This document shows, piece after piece, positions 37,767 through 49,683 of a stretch of DNA of 64,000 bases. A program made the translations under genes and the position numbers. The stretch is from Geosiphon pyriformis uo1. Lineage: Eukaryota; Fungi; Glomeromycota. How positions within the stretch are numbered: the stretch's first letter is position 1; each line of letters starts with the position of its first letter. The stretch covers positions 746,173 through 810,172 of the forward strand of contig JAAOMT010000258.1 in the NCBI GenBank assembly GCA_016748015.1, written 5' to 3'. A model generated the notes under the pieces. It ran no database searches and had not been told where the DNA came from. It saw only the letters and a program-made list of their open reading frames with translations.

Positions 37767-38826
37767 CATAGAAGCAGATTCTAACACAAGTTTTCACTGG
37801 GATGTAAATGAAGAAAGAACAAAGAACACAAATTCACAACTTTAATTGACATCTATACCTTGGAAATCTTTTAAATAAAGTTTGAATACAAAATAGCATA
37901 CTTTTTCACAAAATTTATAGCTAGAAATTTCTACTATTATTATAGTATCTTTCAGGTTTTGAACAAAAGTTGAGTTTTAGCAGACGCTGTATAATTGCTC
38001 TTTCTGGAAACTAAGAAATTTTCCTAATATTCATTATCTTCTATAGCTTTTTTTATCTATAGCTTTAATTATATAAGACTTATTATAAATTTTGAATGAG
38101 AAACTTTATTTATTGAGATCCCGCTTTCTGCTAATATAAGAAGGTAAAGGAAGCTCGTTAAAAAAGTCTACTTTTTCCCAAAGTAAACGTATATTGGAAC
38201 CCTTGAATGTGACACATAAATGCCATGCTGATTATTTCCTATTTCAATAAAAAGGTGTCTGCTTAGATCTCATTATTCTCAACGTAAAAATGAAATAGTT
38301 GCTATTTACAGATAAAAAGTAATGCATGTCTAAGGAAGAATAGATTTTGTTATCCATATACAGCATTCCATGAATAAAGTCTATATGAAAGCTAATAGAT
38401 TATTTAGTTTTTCTATTAATTCTGCTTGGAAGATTAACTAACTTTGTACACTTTTATTTGTATCTAATAGATGTATACATTATCTAACTCTTTTACAGTT
38501 TTTTATTACTGTACAATTGAAATCTGGCAGAATGAAGCTGCTGGTGGAAAAGAATATTTTGTTTGGAGATTACACAAAATATCCACTTTCTCTTTCATAG
38601 TACATTTAATAATAGGAAACACTGTGGCTGAATATACGGAATTTAATTGAATATAAAAATTCAAGAGCTGAACGAACACAGGATATTGCAGCTCTGATAT
38701 TTTCATTGAGAATTCTTAAACATCCTCATATCAAGGGATCAAAATCTTTTGCAGTGTTTACAAAAATTGTCTCACGAAGCTACATTGTCACTCTCAAAAA
38801 ATTATCATTGACATATTACTAAATAA
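37767..38826. repeat. Left arm of an inverted repeat of about 1 kb
   Basis: Reverse complement of about 47113-48092. The inner ~560 bp are nearly identical (the 66-aa ORFs differ by one residue) and the outer part is diverged. Confidence 0.9.
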
Positions 38827-39404
38827 GGACTAATTCTGGAAAGGTGGCGAGATATTCTCTTTTCACTTTAAGTTAATATAAAAGAGCGTTATGTTTGAAG
38901 TTCAGCCGCCGAGTTTCACCCCTACATTTAAGCTTGAACAAATTTTTCAATTTAGAAATTACAAAATATAAACTCAAATTGGCATTTTTTTTCATTCACT
39001 TGGACAAAGTTTAAAACTTATTTTTTAACAAAATTGATTGGACGAAAATTTACTATTTTTATTAATAGATTTTAAGGTATTTCGTTATTAAAGAAATTAT
39101 TGTATGATTAGGCAGATTTTCTCAGTGCATTTTTGATGAAACTTAAGACCTAAATTTTTGATAGCGAGACATAAATTTCTATAGGCGTTAAAAGAGTACA
39201 TATACTAGCTTTTTCATAAAAATTGGGAAAAAATAATTATAAATGCCCCAGACTATTTCAAAAACAATTTTTTTTACGCTATTTCAATTATTTGGAGCCT
39301 CAGCTTGCACTCCATGGGAGCCTCTTTTAATTCACCTTAAATAATATTTTTCTATTTTCTCTTTCCTATTTCCTATTTTTGATTAAAGTTTACCTATTCT
39401 AAAA

Positions 39405-42083
39405 ATGTCCAGCGAAATAACACTTGTTCATGAGAGGCTGATAAAGATTTTAAAAGATTGCAAAATCCCTACACTCCCTTTTTCAGAATTTTCAAAACCT
39501 GTAGTTGCCGGAAATGGTGGAACTGGCATAATATATAAATCTAGATGGAAGGACCAAGATGTCGCATTAAAAAGCATAACAGATATATTTTCAGAAAATA
39601 ATCCTGACGCAAATAATCAATTTCAATACGAAGTAAATTTAATTCAAAGATTTATCCTCTTTTGCAACATATTTTGGTTTTTTCATTGAAAAACTTATTC
39701 AAAACTGAAATTTTCTCAAACACTTTTAAAAACAAGCTTAAACTTCTTTCCCGAATAACAGATCATAAAAATGTAATAAAGCAATTTGGATATACTCAAG
39801 GTATAATAATTTATTTTATGTGTAAAATATAGCCTTTATAATGATAATAAATACTTTTCATAATTTCCCATAGACGAAAAATCAGAAGAGAGCTATATTG
39901 TATTAGAATGGGCAGAAGGTGGCACTTTAAGAGATTATTTGAAACGAAATCCTCATATTGATTGCAATAGAAAAGTTGAAATCGCCCTTCAAATACTCAA
40001 TGGGCTAAAGGCTATCCACAATAATCAAATAGCTCACCGCGATTTGGTGAGTTTTTTTGCTTATTCTCTTTAAAATTGAATACTCTAGCTTAACTTTCTA
40101 ATATTAAATGCTTTTTCTCTTTAAAAGCATACAAAAAACATATTGATTATGAGTGATGGTGCTTTTAAAATTGCTGACCTTGGTCTATCAAAGCGTGAAA
40201 ATTCATTACAAGTCTCAATAACCGGGGGCATGGTTGCATTTTTAGAGCCAGAGTTTTACAAAGACCAAAGATACAAGAGGGATTTCGCCTCAGATATTTA
40301 TGCCTTTGGTGTACTTCTTTGGGAAATTTCTGCTTGCAAGGCACCATTTTCTTCTGATACTAGCCCTTATTATCTAGCTTATGAGTTACAACAGGGCAGG
40401 CGGGAAAGTCCAAAAATAGGAACTCCATTAGCATATGTTGAGCTCTATCAACGATGCTGGGATGGAAATCCTCAAAAAAGGCCTAAACTTGATGAGGTTA
40501 TTCAAACAATGGAGAATTTATCATTTTCTCCTGTATATGATGGGCTCCCAATAGATACTATTGGAAACTCGGGTAAGCTAATGACTTTGGATCAACAGGC
40601 TATTGATTTAAATATAAATTCAACCCAATAATTTTATTATTTCTAGAATATTTATTAACATACCCTGAAGACGATGAGATCAGCATTTGTGAAGACCCAG
40701 ATAACAATTTACCAGCAATAACAATTTCGCCTGCAGTAGACAAATCTACTTCTGAGGTTTTACAATGTTTTAAGTTTAGCAATCTCTTTTATGCTGTATA
40801 TTGACATTATCTGAAAAATACTTTTGTATCTATATCATAGGAGCGACATCCAAAAAAATGTGATGAGTTTAGATCCGGCGGTAAATGCAATCTTTTCTTT
40901 CATATAAAGAACTGTGATATGTCTGGAGCCTTTTGGCATCTTGAGAATGGGGATAATCCTAATGATATATCTGATGAAGGCTTGACCGGGATTCAATATA
41001 CTATTTTATTCGCATCAAATGCCACAATCACAGGATTATGTCGTAAATTGAAGGATTACAATGGTGATGTTATGGCTAAGACTAAGTCTGGGGAAAACTT
41101 ATTCCATCTTCTTGTTCATAACAAAAATAATATCCAACTCGAACAATACAAAAAGATTGGTAACTGGCTCCATAAAAATAAAGTCGAAATCAATCATCAA
41201 GATCAGAATGGTGATACTGCTTTGAATTTATTGATAGAAGCAGGGCTTTCCGAAACGACCCTAGCAATAATAAATGTTCTTTTGGTTCTTGGTGCCGATT
41301 CAAATATCCGAGACGCTAGTGGTATGACGGCTTTTCAAAGAGTCTTGCATAGCATCTATGAGAATCCCCTTCTATCCCAAAAGGTCGAATCTGAAATTTT
41401 GGAGGCAATGTTAAAGAATAAAGCAAATCCCAATATCATATTCCCCAAACAGCATAAACTATGGCCATCGTGTCCAAGTGCCTTATTTGCCGCAATCGAT
41501 TTTCCTGATGGTCGTCACATCATTAACAGTCTAAAATCATTCAATGCCGACTTTGGAAAAACTTACAAAGGTCATTCTTTGCTAGACTATGCCACTACCA
41601 AAAAAAAAAGGGGGATAATGCAAATTCTTTTAAATCATGTCGAAAATTTTCAAAAATTAGAGGCTCTTTCTCAGGCTCTTCAGTATGCTGCTGATGATGC
41701 TGAGCATATATTGTTAACTAAGGAGTTAGAAAAATACCCCCTACCACAAATGTTTGAGGAAACAATTTTTCCGAAAAATAGTTCTCCGGATGAGCTAAAT
41801 TTGAGGCCTCAAGATCTTCTATCAAGTCAAACAAGTATGTCACTTTGTTAATTTTATCAAGCAGTTTTACAACTTGACTCATTTCTTATGCCATTTAGCT
41901 ACCTTCATTGGCTCTGAACCTTCCCAAAATGGTGATTTATGTCGCAGTTCGAGTTCTATCAGAACATCAGAGGGTAAGGCTCAAGGAAAAAAAGACAAAC
42001 CTAAAACTGATAGGTGGAAGCGTATTAAAAAAAAATTCAATTTCAAAAAATCTAAAGATATCATTGTAACCACGTCTAAGTAG
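39405..42083 (+). CDS. TKL kinase with C-terminal ankyrin repeats, intact (7 exons, about 730 aa)
   Basis: Manual splicing is open throughout: GNGGTG, VALK, IAHRDL|HTKNIL, KIADLGL, FLEPE, SDIYAFGVLLWEIS, an acidic linker, ankyrin repeats (GENLFHLL, GDTALNLL, GMTAFQRV, GHSLLDYA) and the basic tail DRWKRIKKKFNFKKSK. Confidence 0.9.
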
Positions 42084-42489
42084 AACTTTTTAATTTATTT
42101 ATCCCAAGAATTTAGCACTCTAATATAAATATTAAATAATACAATATTTAAAGCTATGTAAACTTTCTTAATAGGTTTTACTTGATGTCATATATTATAC
42201 TTATTCATCTTTCATATTAATATTATTATTGGTCATTTTCTTAATACAGGAACAGAATAGACTTTAAATTCATATATATGCAATCTGTACTTTATCATCT
42301 TATTAAATTCTCTTACTACAAAGCCTCAGGATGTTTTCGCAATATCTGTACGCAGAAAATCCTTTCCCTTTGAACTAGAAGATTTTTTGTGCCGTTCATT
42401 GTTAATGAGTGAAGATATATAGACAAAAATTACTGCGCTGCATATAAAACCTTTTGTCCAATCCCAAATGAATCTGTCGGTCAAAGAAT

Positions 42490-43240
42490 ATAGCAAGCAA
42501 AAGCTGATCTCCTGGATGAGGATGAATGTTCTATTCTAAAGATCACTAGTTACCTATCTCAACTGTACGATACAATGTCAAAAAGTTGGAAAAACTTAGC
42601 ACAAAGGTGGTAATGGTCGTCATAAGAAAATTACAGGACATATATGGAGAAGAGTAGGTTAATATATTCATAAGAATTCTTTGTTTTTGCAAGGATTGCT
42701 ACTAAATTAAATACAGAGGAGTAGAAATTTCATATCGCACAATTGACAGACATTTAAAATCACTTGGATATATGAAAAATTTACCAATTACTACACTAAT
42801 GCTCACGTAATTTCCAAAGCAGAAACATGTCGAAGGGGCCGAATTTCATCTTAATGGTAACTGGAAAAAACCTTATTTTTGGATGAAACAGCATTTCAAC
42901 TGTTCCCAAATACAATTGAGAGTTGGTACAAAGGAAAACGAAAAGATTCCGCAAAAAATTATTGCGTGTGACAGTTTTGTATGAAGGGAAAAACCAGCTT
43001 ATTTTGTTTTGGGGTATCATGGATGTTAATTTTTATATTCGGATTTTGCGACAACATGTTGGAGATGTTAATGGGATAATTGGGAAGAAGTGGCACTTTC
43101 AGCAGGATAACAATCCCAAGCATACAAGCCGAGTAGCTAAGGCCTTTCTTGCGGGAAATTTATCCGAAGTCATTGACTGGCCCGTCCCATAGTTCGGATC
43201 TAAATGTTATTGAAAAATCCATGTGCAATCGTTAAATGTG
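42490..43240 (+). mobile_element. Tc1/mariner transposase relic
   Basis: FLDETAF-like segment, WHFQQDNNPKHTS, VIDWP and a degraded SSDLNVIE motif. Frameshifted, no TIRs identified. Confidence 0.85.
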
Positions 43241-43574
43241 AGCTAGTTTTGCTCTTTATCAATTGATTCAATTGCGGTGTGGAATTTTGAAAAAGCTTCT
43301 TCTATTTTGCTCATTCAATTATTTGACTAACGGTTGGCTTTACAAAAGAGCACTATATTTAAATAAGACCTCTAAATTATATAGATTTCAAAATGCTATT
43401 AAGAACATATTCAAAAGAGGAATAGCTTCTTAAACAGCGTTATTACATTAATATATTTTTAAAAATATTGCTAATTATTAATTTAAAATTTAAACAAATT
43501 GATTTGAATAAATTTTTTTATGCCTTTCGACACACAAAAAGACTTTTCATTAAAGGCACCCAATAATACACATA

Positions 43575-44007
43575 CAGGGGGGTATAAAAAGTATTGGACA
43601 CTTTTATAATATGTTATATAAAAGAACTAACTTATGAATCGTTAATTTTTTTTTATTATATTAAAATACATGTTAGTATTTTGTTTGACCCCCATTTGGT
43701 TCAAGAATAGCTTGAACTCGACGTGGCATAGACTTGATCAAATTACGATAGTAATTTACAGGTATCGCATCCCATTCTTCCTTAACCCACTGTTCCAATT
43801 GTACAATATTTGAGGCTGTCTCTTATACACATCTAATACGCGTATGATCCACTGTTGTGTTTTACAAGGACGCGATTTATGTTGATTTGTAGATTATAAC
43901 TATAAGTAATTATAAAAAAAATTATGGCTTAAATTGGTAATGGTATTACTATATATAGCCTTTTTTATATATTATATTAAGTGTCCAATACTTTTTATAC
44001 CCCCCTG
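43575..44007 (-). mobile_element. Tc1 element with perfect 29-bp TIRs and TA target duplication, interior missing as assembled
   Basis: TA|CAGGGGGGTATAAAAAGTATTGGACACTT...AAGTGTCCAATACTTTTTATACCCCCCTG|TA. The minus strand encodes an intact Tc1 C-terminus, SNIVQLEQWVKEEWDAIPVNYYRNLIKSMPRRVQAILEPNGGQTKY*. Confidence 0.92.
43816..43834 (+). other. Tn5 mosaic end / Nextera adapter contamination
   Basis: Exact 19-mer CTGTCTCTTATACACATCT. Confidence 0.95.
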
Positions 44008-44039
44008 TATCTTTCATATAATTTTTTTTCACAAAAAAT

Positions 44040-44890
44040 TCCGAATTATTAGATTTCTAACAATTTATACCTAAAATCATATTTTTTCGGCCTGAATTTG
44101 GCTTTAATACTGCTTCAATCCTCTTAAGCATTGAGGCAATAACCTCTTTGAGAAAAGAGACACTGAGTTTCTCATTCCTCCTTTAGCGCGGCCTTAATTC
44201 GACCACAAACTTCGGAAAGACTTCAAGCTTTGTATATTGTCCTTCAATAGCTTCCAAATCTTCTCAATTGGGTTTAGGTCAGGCGAATTTGCCGGCAAGT
44301 TGATAGTGGTAAACTTATTTTCCGTTAACCATTTTTTCGATTTTCCCGCAGCATGGTGCGGCACGTTATCATGTTCTGAAATGGTAAAAAGTTGATTTAT
44401 AAGATTTCAAGGTGACTATTCGCATTTATTTATTTTTTATCATTTTTTATTCATTACAAAATATTAATGATCCCTTTAATTCCCCCGCAAAACATCCCCA
44501 AATTATATCAGTTTCTCTTTTACTTTTGAAAATAGGCGCCAAGCGATTAACATTAAAGTTCTCTCAAGTGTGTCGCCAAACTTTTCGTTGTCGTAATCGC
44601 TTCCAAATCTCCACACTGAATAATAAGCAATTTTATTTTCCTCGCACCACCCAACACGGTAAAAGCATGTGCTTCAGAGATATAGGCTTCTTTGTTTGTT
44701 GCGATACGTAAATGAAGTCCGGAGTTGTAGAGTACATTTCCCGGCAGTTAAAGAAGACCAAAACTTTTGAAAATATCGCGGAGTGATGCATGGTGGTCTT
44801 CCAGAACGTATTAAGTTTTAATGTATTCGCTTTTTGTCAGAAAAAAAATGTTTACACACTCAAATCGGGCTTTATTTTTGGGGGGTACTG
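44040..44890 (-). mobile_element. Tc1/mariner relic
   Basis: The minus strand gives HDNVPHHAA and LPANSPDLNPIEKIWKLLKDNIQ. The right end reads TA|CAGTACCCCCCAAAA on the minus strand. Confidence 0.82.
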
Positions 44891-45511
44891 TAGTTAAACA
44901 CAATTCTGGAATGACAAATCTCTTATGCTAATTTAGGAAATGATCTATAAGGAATTTGTGCTTTCGACCGCTAGATTAAAATACAGAACATATATATTAT
45001 AAATTTCAATTTGTCTTCGATCTATTAATACATCTGACAACCTGGAATTTTTGGTAGTACTTCAAAACTCCGAGAAGGGCTACAAATGCATCAGTTGGCT
45101 CCGCTTAGAACGAACGCAATTAATTTAGACTTTTCGGCATAATCCAGAGTGGTTTCCAGAAATGCTTATTATAGTTGAATAATTGTTAACTAACTAGAAT
45201 AAAAATTTCTCCTTAAACCATAGTTGTATAATCCAAAGATTGGCTTAACGAAGAATTTTTACTTTTTGGCGAATTTTCCAAATAATCGTACTTACCATCA
45301 TTTATTATATCAATCTCTGATTCAGAATAGGATTGTATTGATTTCTTGAACAAATCAGAGTTATTTAATCTAAAGAAAACAAACCTTTTTCCTTTTTATT
45401 TGAAACTCACTGGCATTATCAATGGGGATGTTGATTAAATTTCTTATAAAAAGCTCAAAGAATTTCTAAATCTTATTTTTAATCTCTAAATATTCTTCTA
45501 CATTAAAGAAA

Positions 45512-46793
45512 ATGTCGGAGAATAACAAAGCTATCAATGAACTGTTAAATTCAGATATTGTTTCATATATACCTTTCGAACAATTTGAAAATCTTGTGTA
45601 CATTAGTCGTGGAATCAGAGGACAAATATGGGAGTCTATATGGAAAATTCAGGATCAAAGCGTAATGCTTCAAGATTTTTCTACTATTTTTGAAAGAGAC
45701 GAGCAGAGCGTAAAAATTTTCTTGAATGAGGTCTTTGGATGCTTTCTTGATATTAGTTAATTAAACAAAATATATCATGTAAATTTTGACCCTATTATTT
45801 TTTCCTTACTTGCAGATCGAAAAACTAGCACCACTTCCTGAACATCCAAGCATCCAGAAGTTCTTTGGAGTAACTCAAGGTCTTTATGGCTTTTATTAAG
45901 GACTGATGATAAATAAAATCTTGAATTAATTCGGGTTATTTTATTTTTCAGATTTCAAACTCAATCGCTATTTCCCGGTCTTAGAATCAATTAAAGGTCA
46001 AAGCCTACTAGATTATTTAGAGAAAAACCCTGCGATAACCTGGATCGAAAGAATTAAATATTGCTAAAGGTTTAAATCATATCCACTCTATTGACATATT
46101 TCATGGGGAATTGGTAATATTTTTTATTGAATTTTAAAAATGTGCGTTTAAACCATAATTAATTTAACAAAGTTGAAAAATAAAAACATATAGGTTTCAG
46201 ATAGGGTTATTGTAAAAAGTGTACACAGTGTCAAAATAACAGGTATATGTTTATCGGCTGCCACAGAAGATGCAGTAATTGCGAAAACACTTTTTGGAGG
46301 AGCAATGGCCTATATTGAACCCGCCTTTCTTCAGGATTCAAATTACATCAGAACACTTAGTGCAGACATTTACAGTTTAGCAGTTTTATTATGGAAAATT
46401 TCAAGTGGTCACCACGTTTTTCAAGGCCTTTTAAAGAAAGAAATGATACAGATGACATGCCAAATTATTAAAGGCACAAGGGAAGAACCAGTTGAAGGAA
46501 CTCCTCCTGATTATTCAGGGTTATATAAACAATATTGGAATAGTATTCCTGACCAAAGACCAGAGATTAAGAAGGTAATCAAAAGTCTTGAAGGAATTGA
46601 AAAAAAAATATCTCGCCCCTCGAAATGAGAACAATCGGTATGAAAATGAAGAAAAGATGCATGAGAAATCGCATACAAGCAATTCTTCCTAACAGAAAAG
46701 AATATATTCAGACAATCAACTGATTCTGAAGCAAAAAAGTTGTTCCGAAAAGTATTGAAAAAAGGTGAAAAAGCTATGAATGAGAAATGGTAG
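45512..46793 (+). pseudogene. Second pseudokinase subtype, frameshifted
   Basis: SRGIRGQIW, VMLQ, IFHGEL, VKITGICLSAATEDAVIAKTLFGGAMAYIEPAFL. It has the same introns as the intact pseudokinase. Exon 3 is 162 nt instead of 173 (11-nt deletion), and the tail has further frameshifts. Confidence 0.82.
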
Positions 46794-47112
46794 CACCAAT
46801 TTTTAATTTTAAAAGTTACTTGAATGTATTTTAAAATCAAAGTTGATTTACATACACAAATATCGTTATTTTATATGATAAAAATTATAAACAAAAATTT
46901 CGCCCCTTAGTTTTTCATTCGCAAAAAAAACTTATTCAAAAGAAAATGAATGAAAAATATTAATGATAATTAAACTTTATAAAATACAAAATTTAAATAC
47001 AAGAAATTTAACTATATACGATATTTAATTAATTTACTCTCTCATCGCAATCTTCCTTTTCAATATATGTTTTTTTTTAATTTTTGAATAAGTGTACTGC
47101 AATTTTTAAAGT

Positions 47113-48092
47113 TATTTAGTAAAATGTCAATGATAATTTTTTGAGAGTGACAATGTAGCTTCGTGAGACAATTTTTGTAAACACTGCAAAAGATTTTGAT
47201 CCCTTGATATGAGGATGTTTAAGAATTCTCAATGAAAATATCAGAGCTGCAATATTCTGTGTTTGTTCAGCTCTTGAATTTTTATATTCAATTAAATTCC
47301 GTATATTCAGCCACAGTGTTTCCTATTATTAAATGTACTATGAAAGAGAAAGTGGATATTTTGTGTAATCTCCAAACAAAATATTCTTTTCCACCAGCAG
47401 CTTCATTCTGCCAGATTTCAATTGTACAGTAATAAAAAACTTGTAAAAGAGTTAGATAATGTATACATCTATTAGATACAAATAAAAGTGTACAAAGTTA
47501 ATTAATCTTCCAAGCAGAATTAATAGAAAAACTAAATAATCTATTAGCTTTCATATAGACTTTATTCATGGAATGCTGTATATGGATAACAAAATCTATT
47601 CTTCCTTAGACATGGATTACTTTTTATCTGTAAATAGCAACTATTTCATTTTTACATTGAGATTAATGAGATCTAAGTAGAAAAATGGATAGCTTGAAAC
47701 TCTACACCTTTTTAAGGGTTCACTTTACATATTTCTTTGCATCGGGGTATGGAAAAAATAGAAATTTTTAACGAGATATCAATAAAATAAAGTTTTTTAT
47801 TTAAAATTTATAATAAGTCTTAGATAAAAAAGCTATCGAAAACAATAAATATTAACAAAACCTCTAGTTTCTGGAAAGAGCAATTATACAATGCCTGCCA
47901 AAATTCAATTTAATCAAACATGAAAGATGCTATGACAGCAGCAGAAATTTTTATCAACCTAGAGAGAAAGTATGATTTGTGTATTCAAACTTTATTCTTA
48001 CGTTTTTGAAAGTGTGGATGTCAATTAAAGTTGCGATTGTTCTTTTCTCATTTTAATCTCAGTGAAACCTTGTGTTAAAATCTACTTCTATA
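47113..48092. repeat. Right arm of the inverted repeat of about 1 kb
   Basis: Reverse complement of 37767-38826. Confidence 0.9.
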
Positions 48093-48601
48093 AACATAGG
48101 TTGTGCAGAGTCTAAAAGATAGATGAAAAATTTCGAATATTTTATGCTCTAATAACATCCAAATTGGATACGATAAATAATTTTTTTGATAACTGAATAC
48201 ATGTATTCCATTTCAAATTTTATATGGTACATAAAAAAAATATTCCATGAAAAGAATTTTTTTAATTTCTGGAGAAATCTGAGCTTTTCCACATTTTCCT
48301 AATTGATTTTTGGGTTCATGCCACTGTCTTTATTCAATAGAGAATTTAGTATGGATCTCGTTAATATTATTCTCATTTTGGTATGAAATCTTTGCAAAAA
48401 TATTATTTCAAGAGTAAACACGAATTGTTCTTCCTATTTCTAATGAATAAAATTATCTTTTAACTGTCAAATATTTTCATTTAGCTCAGCTCATATTAAT
48501 TAAAAACTACTACAAGAAACATTCGCTGAAAATTGCATGATTTTTTTGATAGTAACCCAGTTAAAAGACTAGTATCCTAGATTGATTCAATTTTCGTACC
48601 A

Positions 48602-49675
48602 CAGTCGCCTCGGAAATGTAAAAATTTTCCCCTTTGAATTGTTTTTAGTCCTAATTTCTTGCTTATTATTTCTTCAATGTTTAAACTTAAGCTCGGCAAA
48701 TTTTTTTGGCGGAAATATGACACATAATCGTATGTAGTTAATCGACATGATGGTAAAATATTGGATCTTAAGAAAATTATGCATGCTGAGAAAGTTGTGA
48801 AGAAAATAAAGTGTGACCTTACAAAAATACGACGTTTCCTAGCTAAATACAAAAGGACCAAGAAAATTGAAAATTTACAAGAGTCCCGAAGACTACATAT
48901 TCTAAAAAACAAACGAAAAAATGCACTTATACGTAAAGCTATAAAAAACAGGACGCAACTCACATTGTGATATTGTTAACAATTTAGAGCTTTGCTCTAT
49001 AACAACAGCTACAACAGCACTTCATGATGCAAGAATTCAAATTCATATCGCAGCAAAAAGTCATTTGTTTTTGAAAATTAAGCAATTAAATGAATGACTT
49101 GATGCGAAGAAGATGTCACCAAAATATATATTATTGGTGGGATGTTATTTTTTCAGATGAAAAATGAGCAAAAAAAATTATTATAAATAAATGTATGGCA
49201 TCATGAAATTATATAGAATGTTTAACGCCAACTTTAAAGAGTGTTCGGAGCTCGGTAATGGTTTGGGATGTTTCGTAGAAGAAATCAAGGGTCTGTTTTT
49301 CAAAATTATAAAGAAAAAAAAGAAAAAATCAATAAAAAAATAGCTTTACAAAACAGCGTGTTTATTGGTAAGTGAATTTTTGGTGTCTCAACAAGATAAT
49401 GCAAATGAAGTTGTCAAATTGTTCGCAATAAAACAAATTAAAACTAATAATTGGCCCTGACCTTAATCCCATAGAAATTGCGAAATATTTCTGAAGACTG
49501 TAGGAGAACTTAAGAGAGAAGTGATCTAATTTTAATACTTTGAGTTTTGAGTGTGAATGGAGAGCCGACAAAATATTAGCGTATTCTAAAAAAAAATTTA
49601 TATACATAATCATGTATGTATTTAAGTTTTTGCTTGTAATAACAAAAAGTCGGGCGTTACTTTCCGAGGCGACTT
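48602..49675 (+). mobile_element. Tc1-like relic with imperfect TIRs
   Basis: Left CAGTCGCCTCGGAAATGTAA versus right (reverse complement) AAGTCGCCTCGGAAAGTAA. The internal KKIKCDLTKIRRFLAKYKRTKKIENLQESRRLHIL resembles the Tc1 HTH/GRPR region, and a VMVW fragment is present. Confidence 0.72.
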
Positions 49676-49683
49676 TATATGTA

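Noticed and set aside
38506-38706. 66-aa ORF repeated at 47232-47432
   Set aside because: Its conservation is explained by the nucleotide inverted repeat. It has no recognisable domain or gene structure.
43816-43834. Natural Tn5/IS50 end suggesting bacterial transposon transfer
   Set aside because: The sequence is the engineered mosaic end used in Nextera libraries and no other Tn5 sequence is present.
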